Positions 13,201-24,600 of a stretch of DNA of 64,000 bases are shown one piece after another. Numbering within the stretch: position 1 is the first letter of the stretch; each line of letters begins with the position of its first letter. The notes below the pieces were generated by a model that saw nothing but the letters and a program-made list of their open reading frames with translations, made no database searches and was not told where the DNA came from. A program made the position numbers and the translations under genes. Source of the DNA: Blasia pusilla (lineage: Eukaryota); the NCBI GenBank assembly GCA_050084515.1, contig CM114271.1, positions 5,766,001-5,830,000 on the forward strand, given 5' to 3'.

Positions 13201-16182
13201 TCTACTATTACTAATTTTTTGGTTTGTGCTCCATATGGAGCATTAAATCCATATGCAATATATATGGTTAAGGAAAAGAAATGCTATCCTCAAGCTTTTA
13301 CATCTAACACTATAAACACAGAACATGGTTATGCAATTATCACAAGTATTCATCTTTCTATCTTGGCTTATCTTTATTTATTCTATGACTTGTAAGATTA
13401 TACATTCATGAATTATCATTATATTTTTGTAGATTGGAGAATGGGAGGTGGTAATGAAGCGTAAATGCATATCTTATAATCCTATCTTATACATCCTCTT
13501 TGATTGTTTTATTACTTTAGAGATCACAAATAATTTGTTTGTTGTAAAATAATTATAAAAACATATGTATAAGAGATCCGACGCAATATCATTAACTTAT
13601 TAAAAGATAGTGATACATCAAGCGCAACGGACGTTATTGATGAGACAATATTCTATGTGGATGCGAAGTATGATCTTGGTTACTGATTTCTCTCTTGCAT
13701 TAACTTTTCTTATTCGAATTCAATTCATATATCTTACTTAAATATATGGAATATAAATATAAATATATTTATTCTTTCTTATGAGACATATTGGCGACCC
13801 TTGAAGGTTAGTATACATGTTGAACATCCAAATATTGTGCGATTAGTATTTCATCTTCCAAAGCAAGCAATAATTTACTTTCATGTTGTTGTTGTTTGTC
13901 AACATGTCCTACAAAAAATAGAGATATTATTCTAATTGCAACTAATTTATATAAATCCACTGCTCGATAATATGTGTATATTGATTTTCTTTAATTTGAT
14001 TGTTGTAGTAATAAAATATGGATTAGTAGGATACAAAGAAGGAATGCTTATGATCATCATGTTTGTCACTTATACCTTACTCATCAAAGTAAATACTCAC
14101 AAGTTATTTTAGTAGTTTTTTTATGCAAATTGGATTATACTTTTACATGCCACATTCTAGAGTGGGGGAACTAGTGTGATACGAGATAAGGTAATTAATT
14201 TCACTTCTTGATGGGTGAACATCGTTGGTTGAGACTAGTTCTCTATTATGTTCGAGGTGCAACTACATATAAATTTTCAAGAATTGAGATGGAGTAGTAT
14301 GTCCATATTTAAGGAGGCTACTTTCCAATTGGGACTTCTCGATAATGACAATAAAGTGTTCTTTTGATTTGAAGAAGTTGCTTTGGTCCATAAGAGTTAT
14401 TCATCTAATCATATAATTGAAATTATTTTCGGGCTCAACACACATGCTCGACCTACTATACTATGGATTCAATGTTTGATTCCATTCATAAGATATTTCT
14501 AATATGAATGACATCAAGTAAGCCTTAATTTACTTCACTTCTTACATCATTTTTTAATTTATTTCTTGCTACTATATTCTATTAAGCATAAAATAAACTA
14601 ATTATGATTTCTATATATTTTAGAACTCTTTCATTATAGAAAATAAGAATTCCTAATCTTCTCCTTGATGATGCTATTATAGTGCATTGTTGGAAGTGCG
14701 TTATTATTGGAAAGATAAGGAAAAAGTTTGTTTGATTTTCCAGACACACACAAAACTAAAGCCTTCATTCACACTCATATTTAGAGGAATAAGAACTACT
14801 ATATGATATAGAAGAATTATATGAATGAGTATAATTGAGAAAAGCATGTTTGAATGAAGGAAAGCATTTTATTTGGGATGTTACATATAATAACATGTTT
14901 AGGTGAAGCTTGAAAGAAACTTTTAAAAAATCTCCTTCTTGTGAGTGTGCGGAGTGCAATAGATGTAACCTTGGTTTTGGCATCATCTAGAATAACTACT
15001 CTATTGTTAGACGGAGGATGCATTACACATTCATGCTTCAAGATTCTTATCAATCTTCATGAAAACTCTAATTACAAGAAATCATCTTATATACTTAATA
15101 TCTATTTTTTTCAAAATAACAAATTTAATATCTTTGAGTACTACAAGTTATAATTCACTTCTATATGTTATTTGTAGTTATCCAAGAGTGATGGAGAACG
15201 TATAATCTGTGTTGTAATGCTCAATATATGGGATGAAGCATCTATGACTTATTATCATTCATTGGATGTAGCGAATCGCACTTTATAAGATATGAGAGGA
15301 AAGATCTTTGATGATCTACAACAAATATCATATGGCGGTGAACTCATGATATTTGGTGATGATTCTTGTCTAATCTTGCTTGTGGTTCATGTGGATTATC
15401 CACAAATTGCCCAAGCGACTATATAGAGGTTATATTCATAGCCTTATATAAAGGTGATGAAGTCGATGATTAAAATATGAGTTTAAAAGTTGGTAATTTA
15501 TTTGAGTAATAACCAAGAAGCTTTTGATGATTGGTTATTAGAGGTGGAAGAGAGTCGTGTATCTTTGCATGCTCATTTGGGAGATGATTTTATACCATTA
15601 TTATATGAAATGATTACTAATAGTATTAAGATGTGCAATTTGTTCATATCATCTATGGAAATACTTCTAGATGATTCCATGATACCAAATTTTGAGAGAT
15701 ATTATTACTTTAACACAAAGAAATATAGATGTTGATGATATAAACGTATATGTCATGTCTCGGTTTCCTAGAGAGATTATAATTACTTTGCATTTTTATT
15801 TATAATTCTTTGCCAAAAAAAGGTATACATACTATATTGTGTATAAGAGCATATTTATCTTAAGATTGGTTCCTTTCTGAACGAGGGGATGAGTCATATA
15901 TATCCAACCAAATTCTTGAACAGATGTTCGTCTTTAAGACTACCTCCATATTGTTTGTGTTTGAAGATGGATGCATCAATAATGATCTTACAAAAAATGA
16001 AAGGATTATAGAGGCAAACAAACATGACTGGATTTATGATTCATGGTTTCATATAACCTTTGATAGATAATGAAATTATTATATGGAAGAATATTAGAGA
16101 TCAAGTTTTTATTCCATGTATCCCATTGATTACATCTTACTATCAATTATCTTTTCATTTATGTAAACTCTATTTCTCCATT
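10300..16182 (+). pseudogene. Heavily decayed canonical plant-type Helitron Rep/PIF1 helicase gene
   Basis: ETYWRPLKVSIHVEHPNIVRLVFHLPKQ (~13780); LRLVLYYVRGATTY..QLGLLDND (~14230-14350); LASSRITTLLLDGGCITHSCFKI (14941 ORF); IWDEASM (~15225); GGELMIFGDD; YPTKFLN..LPPY.L.LK (~15900); QVFIPCIPL (~16100). Interrupted by the 11634-13127 element and cut at 16182 by an LTR. The start coordinate is approximate. Confidence 0.85.
11634..13127 (+). mobile_element. Complete ~1.49-kb copy of the TGTCGT..ACGACA family nested in the Helitron
   Basis: Starts TGTCGTG, ends CACAACA; flanks ACCT (11630-33) and ACGT (13128-31) give a 4-bp TSD with one mismatch; colinear with 7731-9002. Confidence 0.78.
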
Positions 16183-18177
16183 TGTCACGTCTTTTAGGAT
16201 AGATCGGTGAGATGTAGTAGAGCGCCTTTGTGAGTAGTGGAGGAAAAGTTCAGTAGGTCGAGGATGACCTGCTGAGGCCTCGGGAAACCTGAGAGAGCAG
16301 GTTTCCCCTTCGTTTCGGCTCATTTGGAGCCATATTGAGAAACTTACTATTTTAGGCAAGTACCATTTTGAGTATATGATCGAATTCATATTTTTGGTAA
16401 GTGGACTTTGACCTCCTACATCAGGTCAAGAGCCAAGGAGGTGACTTGGGAGCATAAGTTACCATGGAGAGAGCTTGGGAGAGGGGAGGGGTATACCTCA
16501 AGGAGAGAGAGCTTGAGAGCTTATTCTCTCTTTGTTGAACCTCTTGGCATGAGGCGGCGGAGCTATGGTCTTGCTTGCCTTGTGTGTGTAACCCAAACCT
16601 CTCATTAGGAGAGAAGGTTTGGTTTGACATTGAGAGAGACATGTGAGAACTATGGTGTTGTGAGAGAGATTGGATCTTATTTTACAAAGAGAGAATGAGT
16701 GATTGAGAGAGCTTCATGGGGGAGCTCGCTAGTCACTCACTGGTTTTGAAGGTTGGGGATCATATTTCCTATTCAGCGGTTCATGGGAATGCTTACCGGA
16801 GCAAGAGCCGCTTACTTGTGATGTTTCCTTGGCCGATTTTGTGTGTGGAACAATGGCGCGCGGAAGCGCTGCCCAATTTTTGATAGGGATTGAGTATGGG
16901 GGCGGGTTGCCCCATGTCAGTGCTCTCGGGAGCACCATGTAGCTTGCTGATTTGTATTTTCACACGTTTTACATTTTTGTTGGGAGAAATCAGCGCGGAA
17001 GCGGTGCCAAATTTTATGTAGGAGAAAGAGACATTAGGCTTTACAATAGTCCCCTTCAATTTTTACTAGAATGTCTGATTTCAAATATTTTTGCTGCTAT
17101 TGTAGATTGTGAAGCTGTGCATGTTGTGCAACAAATGGTGCACAATTTGGAGTTGCGAGCAAAAAGTTATGGTCAATCTTGCAAAACTACCATTGCTAGG
17201 CGATTTTTAGGGTTAAATTGTTCAAACCCTAAACCAGCCGCCGCGTTGGCGGTGACCGTCACCGTTATAGTCACCATTAACGTTCAGCCGTCACCATCGA
17301 TGGTCAACCATCACCGTCAATGGTCCACCGTCCACCGTCTACCGTCGGCTGTTGCCTCCGCCGCCTAGCATTGTTTAGAGCCGCGTTTGGCCGTTATCCA
17401 CCCTTGGTTGCCGTTGCCGCCATTATAGAGTGGAGGGTCGTCCACGACCGTTGATTCTTTGACTTGCGCCGCCACCACGTACTATGGTTTGGCCGCCACC
17501 ATCATCACAGTTTTGTCATCAACCTGTGATGGCAAGTGACCTCGGGTTATGGTGTTTGAGTTTTTATTTCATGTTGCTATGTTGTGATTGGTAGCCGCTC
17601 GACGACGATCGAGTACCGTGCCGTGACGCCCATAGCCGCAACGCGCCACTGATTTCCGCATTGTGCCGCTTGTGGCCGCACCGCACCGTCTCGATCGTGG
17701 AGTCGCTCCTTCACTAAGGAGCAGAGTGTGTGAATTTCTGATTGAGGAGGATATGCCGCCGAGTGCTGCACCCCATTCTCGAGTGCCATGTCATTTGTTG
17801 CCGTTCGGTGCCGCGAGTGCCGCACCGGTTTGCCGAACGTGCATCGCACATCGAGGAGGTTTGAGCAGTGTCAGTTCGAGAGGAGTACGACTTGCTGGTT
17901 GGAGGAGTTGTCTTCAAGACCAGGTTGGGTCGAGATTTGCAGTTGCCGAGGAGCGACATCAACATTATTGTCAAGTAACCCATTCTTGTCTCTTACCTTG
18001 CACGTATTGGGAAGTTATTTGGGATATTGGGTTTCGTGCTAATGCTAGGAGCATCGATGATGTATGGATTTAGGGGACATAGACCTGTGTGGGATGTCTA
18101 GAGTTGAGGATGGTTTTTCGATGAGACGATAGATCAGTTGATTTGCCGCACCATGGTGCTTGTTGCCGCACAACACA
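16183..18177 (+). mobile_element. 5' LTR (~2 kb) of a Ty3/Gypsy-like retrotransposon
   Basis: Starts TGTCACGTCTT. The putative end GCACAACA(CA) at 18175/18177 has the same terminal style as 60711-61311. It is homologous to 1-1197 and followed by gag. No canonical TGG PBS was seen. Confidence 0.6.
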
Positions 18178-18387
18178 CGTCTCAGTGAGAGAGTGTAGAT
18201 TGAGTGCCGCATGTTTAGTTTGAGTGATTGAGGGATTCCTCGCGAGATTGAGAGTGTTCGTGTGAGAGAGGCACGAGGGCCATCACGACGTCCTTTTAGG
18301 ATTTTGAGAGGCAAGGTAGTGGACCTGAGAGTAGCTTTGGAGGGTTTATGAGGGTTTCAACGTGAGAGACCACCTCGATCTCCTTCT

Positions 18388-18807
18388 ATGTCGTCTTTAG
18401 ACGAGGGGGAGCGTGTAGAGGAGTGTGTTAGTAATCCACCATACACATTGAGTGGTCCTACCAGTTGGGCGCACGAGATGGACGACCGAGGTAGAGGACC
18501 GCGTAGGTTTTCGGGTACTGTAGGCACCATAGAGCTATACGACTTCATTGTGGAGTTTAGAAGTTGGTGTGACTCACAACGGGCTAGGAATTCTAAAGAG
18601 TTCAACCCCTTAACAACATGGAACGGTATGTTCTAATATTTAGAGGGGACGCCCATGGACGATTACCATGAGTTCTCCCATAGATATGCCCAGGAGATTG
18701 CGGCATGACAACTCTACTATGATCCACACTATGTATTATGGACGGAGCCATTCCCAGATGAGGAGGAGGAGTCAGGAGAGGCGACTTCCTCTTCCACTAG
18801 TGATGTT
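18388..18807 (+). pseudogene. Retrotransposon gag, N-terminal half (in-frame stops)
   Basis: PRRFSGTVGTIELYDFIVEFRSWCD..WNGMF*YLEGTPMDDYHEF is a PxxFxG-type gag capsid N-terminus, directly downstream of the LTR. Confidence 0.65.
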
Positions 18808-19810
18808 TTAGGAGGGGTCACTCGCACTGGAGTAGTTGCACCGTCTAGTCGGGTTTGTCCTAGGTTCGGCTGCTCCATATGATGTTGATGCCACGGATCC
18901 GGCATCGAGTAACTTCAATGCCATAGCGGCAATCTGCTCCTGTAGCTGCTGTATCTGAGTAGCCATCCCATCCTCACGCTCGACGTCTCCCTCAACGCAT
19001 CTAGGTGGTGGGAATCTACCTCCTCCACTAGTAGCTCCACCACCTTGGCGGGCAACCCTAGCTCCTCGTCCCCCAATGGAACCACCTGGTGCACGATCTC
19101 TAGGCCCACCTGGATCGGCTACTCGCTCTGGTGCCCTCTCTAGTTCTCGGTCTGGACGTAATTCAGGGTGTAAACTGAAACACCTGGTGCATGTATGACC
19201 ATATCTCTGATAATAGTCACACTGATAACCTCCTGGTGCAACACCATCTCCTCTTCCATATTGAGACACACGTCCATGACCCTGACGAGTGCAATCGCGC
19301 TGATGATGGGCTCCACCACATGACCAACAAGTTATCATAGGCGGCTGCTGCTGAGCCGCATATGAAGGCGTAGGTCTCTGTGGCATGGCCTCTCGATAGC
19401 CTCTCTGAGCTCGTGGTGCCACAGTCGACCTATCTCGGAGTCCACGTTGCTGCAGTAGTGATGCAGACAATCGTGACTGCTCTCGCCCAGAACCCATGGT
19501 GGCTACGCTCTCCTCCTCCATGTTGCGCTCAATGTTCTCGGCGGTCCTAAGGACATCTCTCAACGTAGGGGAGGTGTTCATAAGGAGCACCCCCTCCCGC
19601 ACCCGTGTCCGCAGGATCCGGTCCAACATCGCGTACCATGACTGGATAGTCCGAGCCTCTGTCATCCCCTCAGTGACGTTGATCAACCGGCGCAAGCGAA
19701 TGTAAGCCTTGCGCAAACTCTCACACGGGCGCCTCTATAAGTCTTGGATGCTCCGCAACTTCTCTGTCCGTACCCCCTGGTAGCTCGTCCTCAACTCAGC
19801 GAAGAACTCA
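18808..19810 (-). pseudogene. Retrotransposon gag, C-terminal half with zinc knuckles, inverted
   Basis: FFAELRTSYQGVRTEKLRSIQDL*RRPCESLRKAYIRLRRLI (MHR-like); CCHC knuckle CWSCGGAHHQRDC; degenerate second knuckle CDYYQRYGHTCTRCFSLHPELRP (302-aa ORF 18808-19716). Confidence 0.8.
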
Positions 19811-20525
19811 ACTCCATAACTCATAGATCAACTTTTAACCAGAGACCAAAAGGTGGTTTAAACTCAGAGGCACTAGATATCAACTTTGTCACTAGAGACC
19901 AAAAGATGATCTAAAATCAAAGGCACTAGATAAACTTCGAACTAAAGATGAAAAGGTGGTCTAAAATCAAGGGCACTATCGTAGATGATAACATCAGAGA
20001 TTGTCGTAGAGAAAATATAGAATAAATTAATAATAATAAAATGAATGATTAACTCCATAACTCATATATCTACTTTGAACCATAGACCAAAACCAAAAGG
20101 TGGTCTAAACTCAAAGGCACTAGATATCAATTTTGTCACTAGAGACCAAAAGGTGGTCTAAAATCTAAGGCACTAGATAAACTTCGAACTAGAGATGAAA
20201 AGGTGGTCGAAGTTTATAAATCAAAGGTACTATCATAGATATAATCTCGGAGATTATCACCTCGGAGAAAGTGTAGAATAAATTAATAGCAATAAAATGA
20301 AGAATTAACTCCATAACTCATATATGTATTTTGAACGATATACCAAAAGGGGGTCTAAACTCAAAGGAATTAGATGTCAACTTTGTTACTATAGAGCAAA
20401 AGGTGGTATAAAATGAAAGGCGTCGGATAAACTTCGAATCCACGGCGCACTATGGTAGATGACAATATCGATCGTAGATCGACGTGGAGAAAGCTTAGAA
20501 TAAAGTAATAGTAAGGAAACGAATG
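19808..20525. repeat. Higher-order tandem repeat: 3 units of ~240-255 bp, each with 2-3 ~48-bp subrepeats
   Basis: Units start aactccataactcata at ~19810, ~20051 and ~20307; subrepeat consensus ~ACTAGAGACCAAAAGGTGGTCTAAAATCAAAGGCACTAGATA. Confidence 0.85.
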
Positions 20526-21663
20526 ATAGTGCGGAGATTCCTAAAGCTTTCTGCCATGACAAAGTGAGCGAGTTTTGTAATCGTTTCCTAATGATGAAGA
20601 GATGGTGGCAACATCGCCGTGCTGGATGTACTGTACGCATGGAGGGGAGGCTCAATGCGCTCTGCGCAACGGATTTGGTTGGGGAGTGGATGAAGAACCC
20701 TAACAGAGTTCAAAGAAGAATATAAAACTTAAATAGAAAAATGGATAGGAAACCCATCAAGATACAAACGAGGGGGGCATAGAGAGCCAAAAAACCCCAA
20801 GGGCCAAAATCGGGCTCGAAGAGACAGAAGGGGGCCTTCCTCCCTAACGACCAAAATCACCAACAGTAGAGACAATATCAGCAACACCTAGAGAACTATG
20901 GCTACTAGTAAGTGGGCCTCTAGCATTGGCGTCTCCAACCGCCTGAGCCCGCCGCAAAGCTATGGAGACCCGTTGCCTACAATAAAGTATCGCAGTGGCT
21001 AAGGACAACCCATTTATTGACTAGAGATGATGGGCGTAATCCATAAGGAACGAGTCAAACCTCTTCTCCATAGCCCCGTACATCTCAATGGCTAGGGAGA
21101 TAAATCGATGTCCGTCGTGAAGTCGACTACAAATTTAGGTCTTCTTGACGGCCGCCGCTCCTTGTAGCAATTTCCTTTGTGCCACCACTTGGGCTCCCAT
21201 ATAAAATCTGTCACTACAACATCCGCTACTACCACTTCATACTCCCGCGTCATGTAGAAATAAAGAAATCCCGCATAGAGTAATATATGAAAAGCACTCT
21301 CCGGAATAATAGAGAACCTAGTATGAGGCATAGAGCAGTGCCTCAATCTCTCGTTAGTTCCGTGAGGGAAGTGGTTGATGGGCGGCTTGGAATTGAACTG
21401 CGTTTGAATGCGTGGGAAAGGACCGGCAACTCGTGTGTACACAGTAATGATCTGCATTACGGCTCGGATTTGTTAGAATAAGAAAGATCTTGTTTCGATC
21501 GGCTGCAATTACCCGAAGTGTCCGATCAGGATTTTGATGAGAGCGTGCGAGCGCGCGAGAGAAATCGAATGAATGAATGAGAAGACATGAACTGAGGGAG
21601 ATGGGGAGAGAGAGATGAAGAAGAAGTTGATACTGGTGTGACCAGAAATCGACCGGAGGACAG

Positions 21664-24600
21664 ATGGGGAAGAAGAAAGGAAACAAGGTGGGGGCGAGAT
21701 GGAGGCCCATGCCGAATGCGGTAGGGGTAGCAGCAGTGGCCTACATAGTCATCGACTACCTGCGCGAGGTGGATCCAAAGTTGCACGGCAAAATACAACC
21801 GTGGTTGTGGGGCTTTCTGGCCCTGGCTTGTGCCGCGCGCGCTCCGTTTTATCCCTACTGGAAGCGGGAGATCAGGAGTGTGAAAGCTTTTGTGGGAGGC
21901 TTGGTGTTCATGCTTGGTGCGTTTGTGATCGAGGCGTTTTCCGTGCAGTTCGTAACCACTGTACTCGGTTTAACTTGGCACTGGTATGCACGTATTCCCA
22001 CGCGCTCAGCTAATGAGGGATCGAGAGAGAGAAGATTGGTTCACAGTTCGAGTCTGTCGAATCGCACTTCTGCAAATGTCATAAATGATACTAAAGTCTG
22101 GAACGATCGTCTGATGAGGTCCCAAAAAGAGCTCACCTGTAAATGAAAAGAGATCGTGGCGTGTTGAAATGATCCTTGACTCCACGTGTTAGCGTGATGG
22201 ATCTCGATACTAGAAGCCGTTGTTTTTCTGCAAGTTAAGGTGGAATTTCTCTGGGGTCTAAGATAGCGTCTGCAGAGATGGACATCGTTTACTTTGATGT
22301 AGAAATGGTAAATTCTGCTATGGTTGTGGTCCCACGTGCTGTGAATAAATCAACGAATTCATTGTCCTCGGGTGCCCGATAGAGCCATGGGACTTCTAAT
22401 TACGGTATTTACATACCAGTGGGTGCCAGATGGAGCTAGAGAAGACAGCATTTTCTAAGGAAGCTATCTGTACCACATGCTCAACACTAGCCACTGTACA
22501 GACTACTCATTAAGTCGTGCTTGTCATACTCTTGCGATCATAGACCTTGCGCTGGTTGAATGAGTGCTAGAGACCAGGATGGGTGCAGAGGGACGAAAAG
22601 GTAGCAGATGAGAGGAGGGAGACTCTCTCATGAAGTGTGAATTCCTACCATACAGAGCGTTGCTGCGGAGCTTCCAGGTATCAACCAGGAAACGCTTCAT
22701 AAAACTGACGGGACGGGATCTCCAAAAGACGTTATTTACAAGTTCAGCATTTTTAGGCAATGAATCTAGGCTACTGAACGTGATGGACAGCTCTGGTGTT
22801 ATCCCCCAAGAGACTAGAGACTGTACTTGTTGGGTAGTGCCTGTTGTAGCCTTTCGACCTTTGGACTCTGTGCCCTGGTTAGACGGCGCATGAGAGAAGG
22901 AATGTAGTGATTTATGGTCCACCGGGATCCAATGAAACTCTGATCTACAAACTTTACCACCATGGAACAGCACAAATTACAACCAAGGAACTTCTCCAAA
23001 GTCAACTTTACCAGGAAATGATTCCTAGCCATCACACTTGGACCTAAGACTCTACGATTTGAACCTGTTCATTGGTAGCCATGAAGTCAGTGACACTGAG
23101 GGTAGGTCCCTGGACAGTACAGGGCATTCCAGTCTAATTGCATCTCTATCTAGCCAATTCATGAAAGGTCATTGGACATCGGGGCACAGATGGGAGAAGC
23201 CTGTATTATAGACCCCTCAATATTCAGAGTGTACTAATATTGTATGATGATTTTTCCCAAACTAACTGAACCTCCCCTCACAAACCCTCTGATTCTCATC
23301 CCAACTTGTAGACATAAGTGTTATGCATCCTCCGAAAGGTCTTTGTTAGTGCTTGTAGGCTAATCAATGGATTGATAAGGCTCCACTTGCAAAGTCTTTC
23401 TCTGCGATTGTGGTGCCAGTTTTTTGCCCTGGTAGGAGTGCTGTCCATAGATGACCCTAAATTTATTGCAGCAAAAGTGATTATGGCCATCACTACTGAT
23501 CACATGAAGGTGCTGGAGGAATGTGATCAAATTTTTTATAGTATAATTATCCAGGACTTCTCTGAACTTGCCAACAACAGGTCATGAAGAGTTGTTCTCC
23601 TGATTCCCAATAATGAAGAGTTTCTGTGGCATGTCCAGTCCCTTGGACCACTTATTGGAGTGGGGGCCCCAGACTTCAAAAGATAGAGTGTGTGTAGAAT
23701 GACAATGCCTTTGAAGAGTTGGTGTTTCTATGGTGTGTGCCACGTTTCCATACTGTTGCAATTTGATTCCAGCAGGTCAAGACACCTCAAACCTGTGGTA
23801 GCCTTATGCGACTGTCTTTGGTTCCTTAAGAGTTGTTGAGTTTTAGCCTTACCCGTTAGTAGGTTTTTTCAACCACAATTTGTGAAACTTCCCTTATCAA
23901 TCCTTGGCCTTATGCTTAGGTGTGACACTACTGTGGTGTGGGGAGTTGAGAGCCAAAGACAACCTTATTACACCCCTTTTGGTCCAGATGGACTTTGATT
24001 CTGAGCTACTGCAGAATCTCCAGGTTGCATTCCAATCGAATTGGAGACTGTTTCACTTTTAAGACATCTAAATACTGTTATCCTCATTCTTAGAGACTGT
24101 ACTCATTAAGTAGTGCTTGTTGTAGGCTTGCGACCATATACCCTCTCAAATGACCTCATACTTAGAGAGAATGGATGAAAGAATTGATTCATTGTCCCTA
24201 GGGACCCAATGGGACCATGGGACTTTGATTTGTAAATTGTGCAATTATTGGACAGAACAGAGTGATATTATCTAGCTGTCACACGCCTGTAAGAATTTAG
24301 TGATCTGAACCCGTTTCTTACTAGCAACAAAATCAGTGACACGGAGGGCAGGTCTCTGGAAGAGAAAAGGGAACTCAAATCTGATGTTATCATGGAGACT
24401 GTGATTGAAAAGGTAATGCTATTCGTCACCAAGCTTTCCTGAACTACAATGTCTACACATTCTGTCCGCCCATTCTATTTGTCAGAATTTTCCCCTCTTC
24501 AACTGTTAGTCTGTTGAACCGCACTTTAATCTAGCCACTGTATGACAAAGTTTTATGGATATGATGTAAGTGCATTTTGGATCTGCCAGTATCATAAAAG

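Noticed and set aside
17205-17233. Inverted telomere-like motifs TTTAGGGTT..AACCCTAAA
   Set aside because: Single units within an LTR, too short to call an interstitial telomere or a functional telo-box.
19808-20525. Possible CRISPR-like array
   Set aside because: The sequences between palindromic repeats are themselves repeated, there are no cas genes, and the context is eukaryotic.
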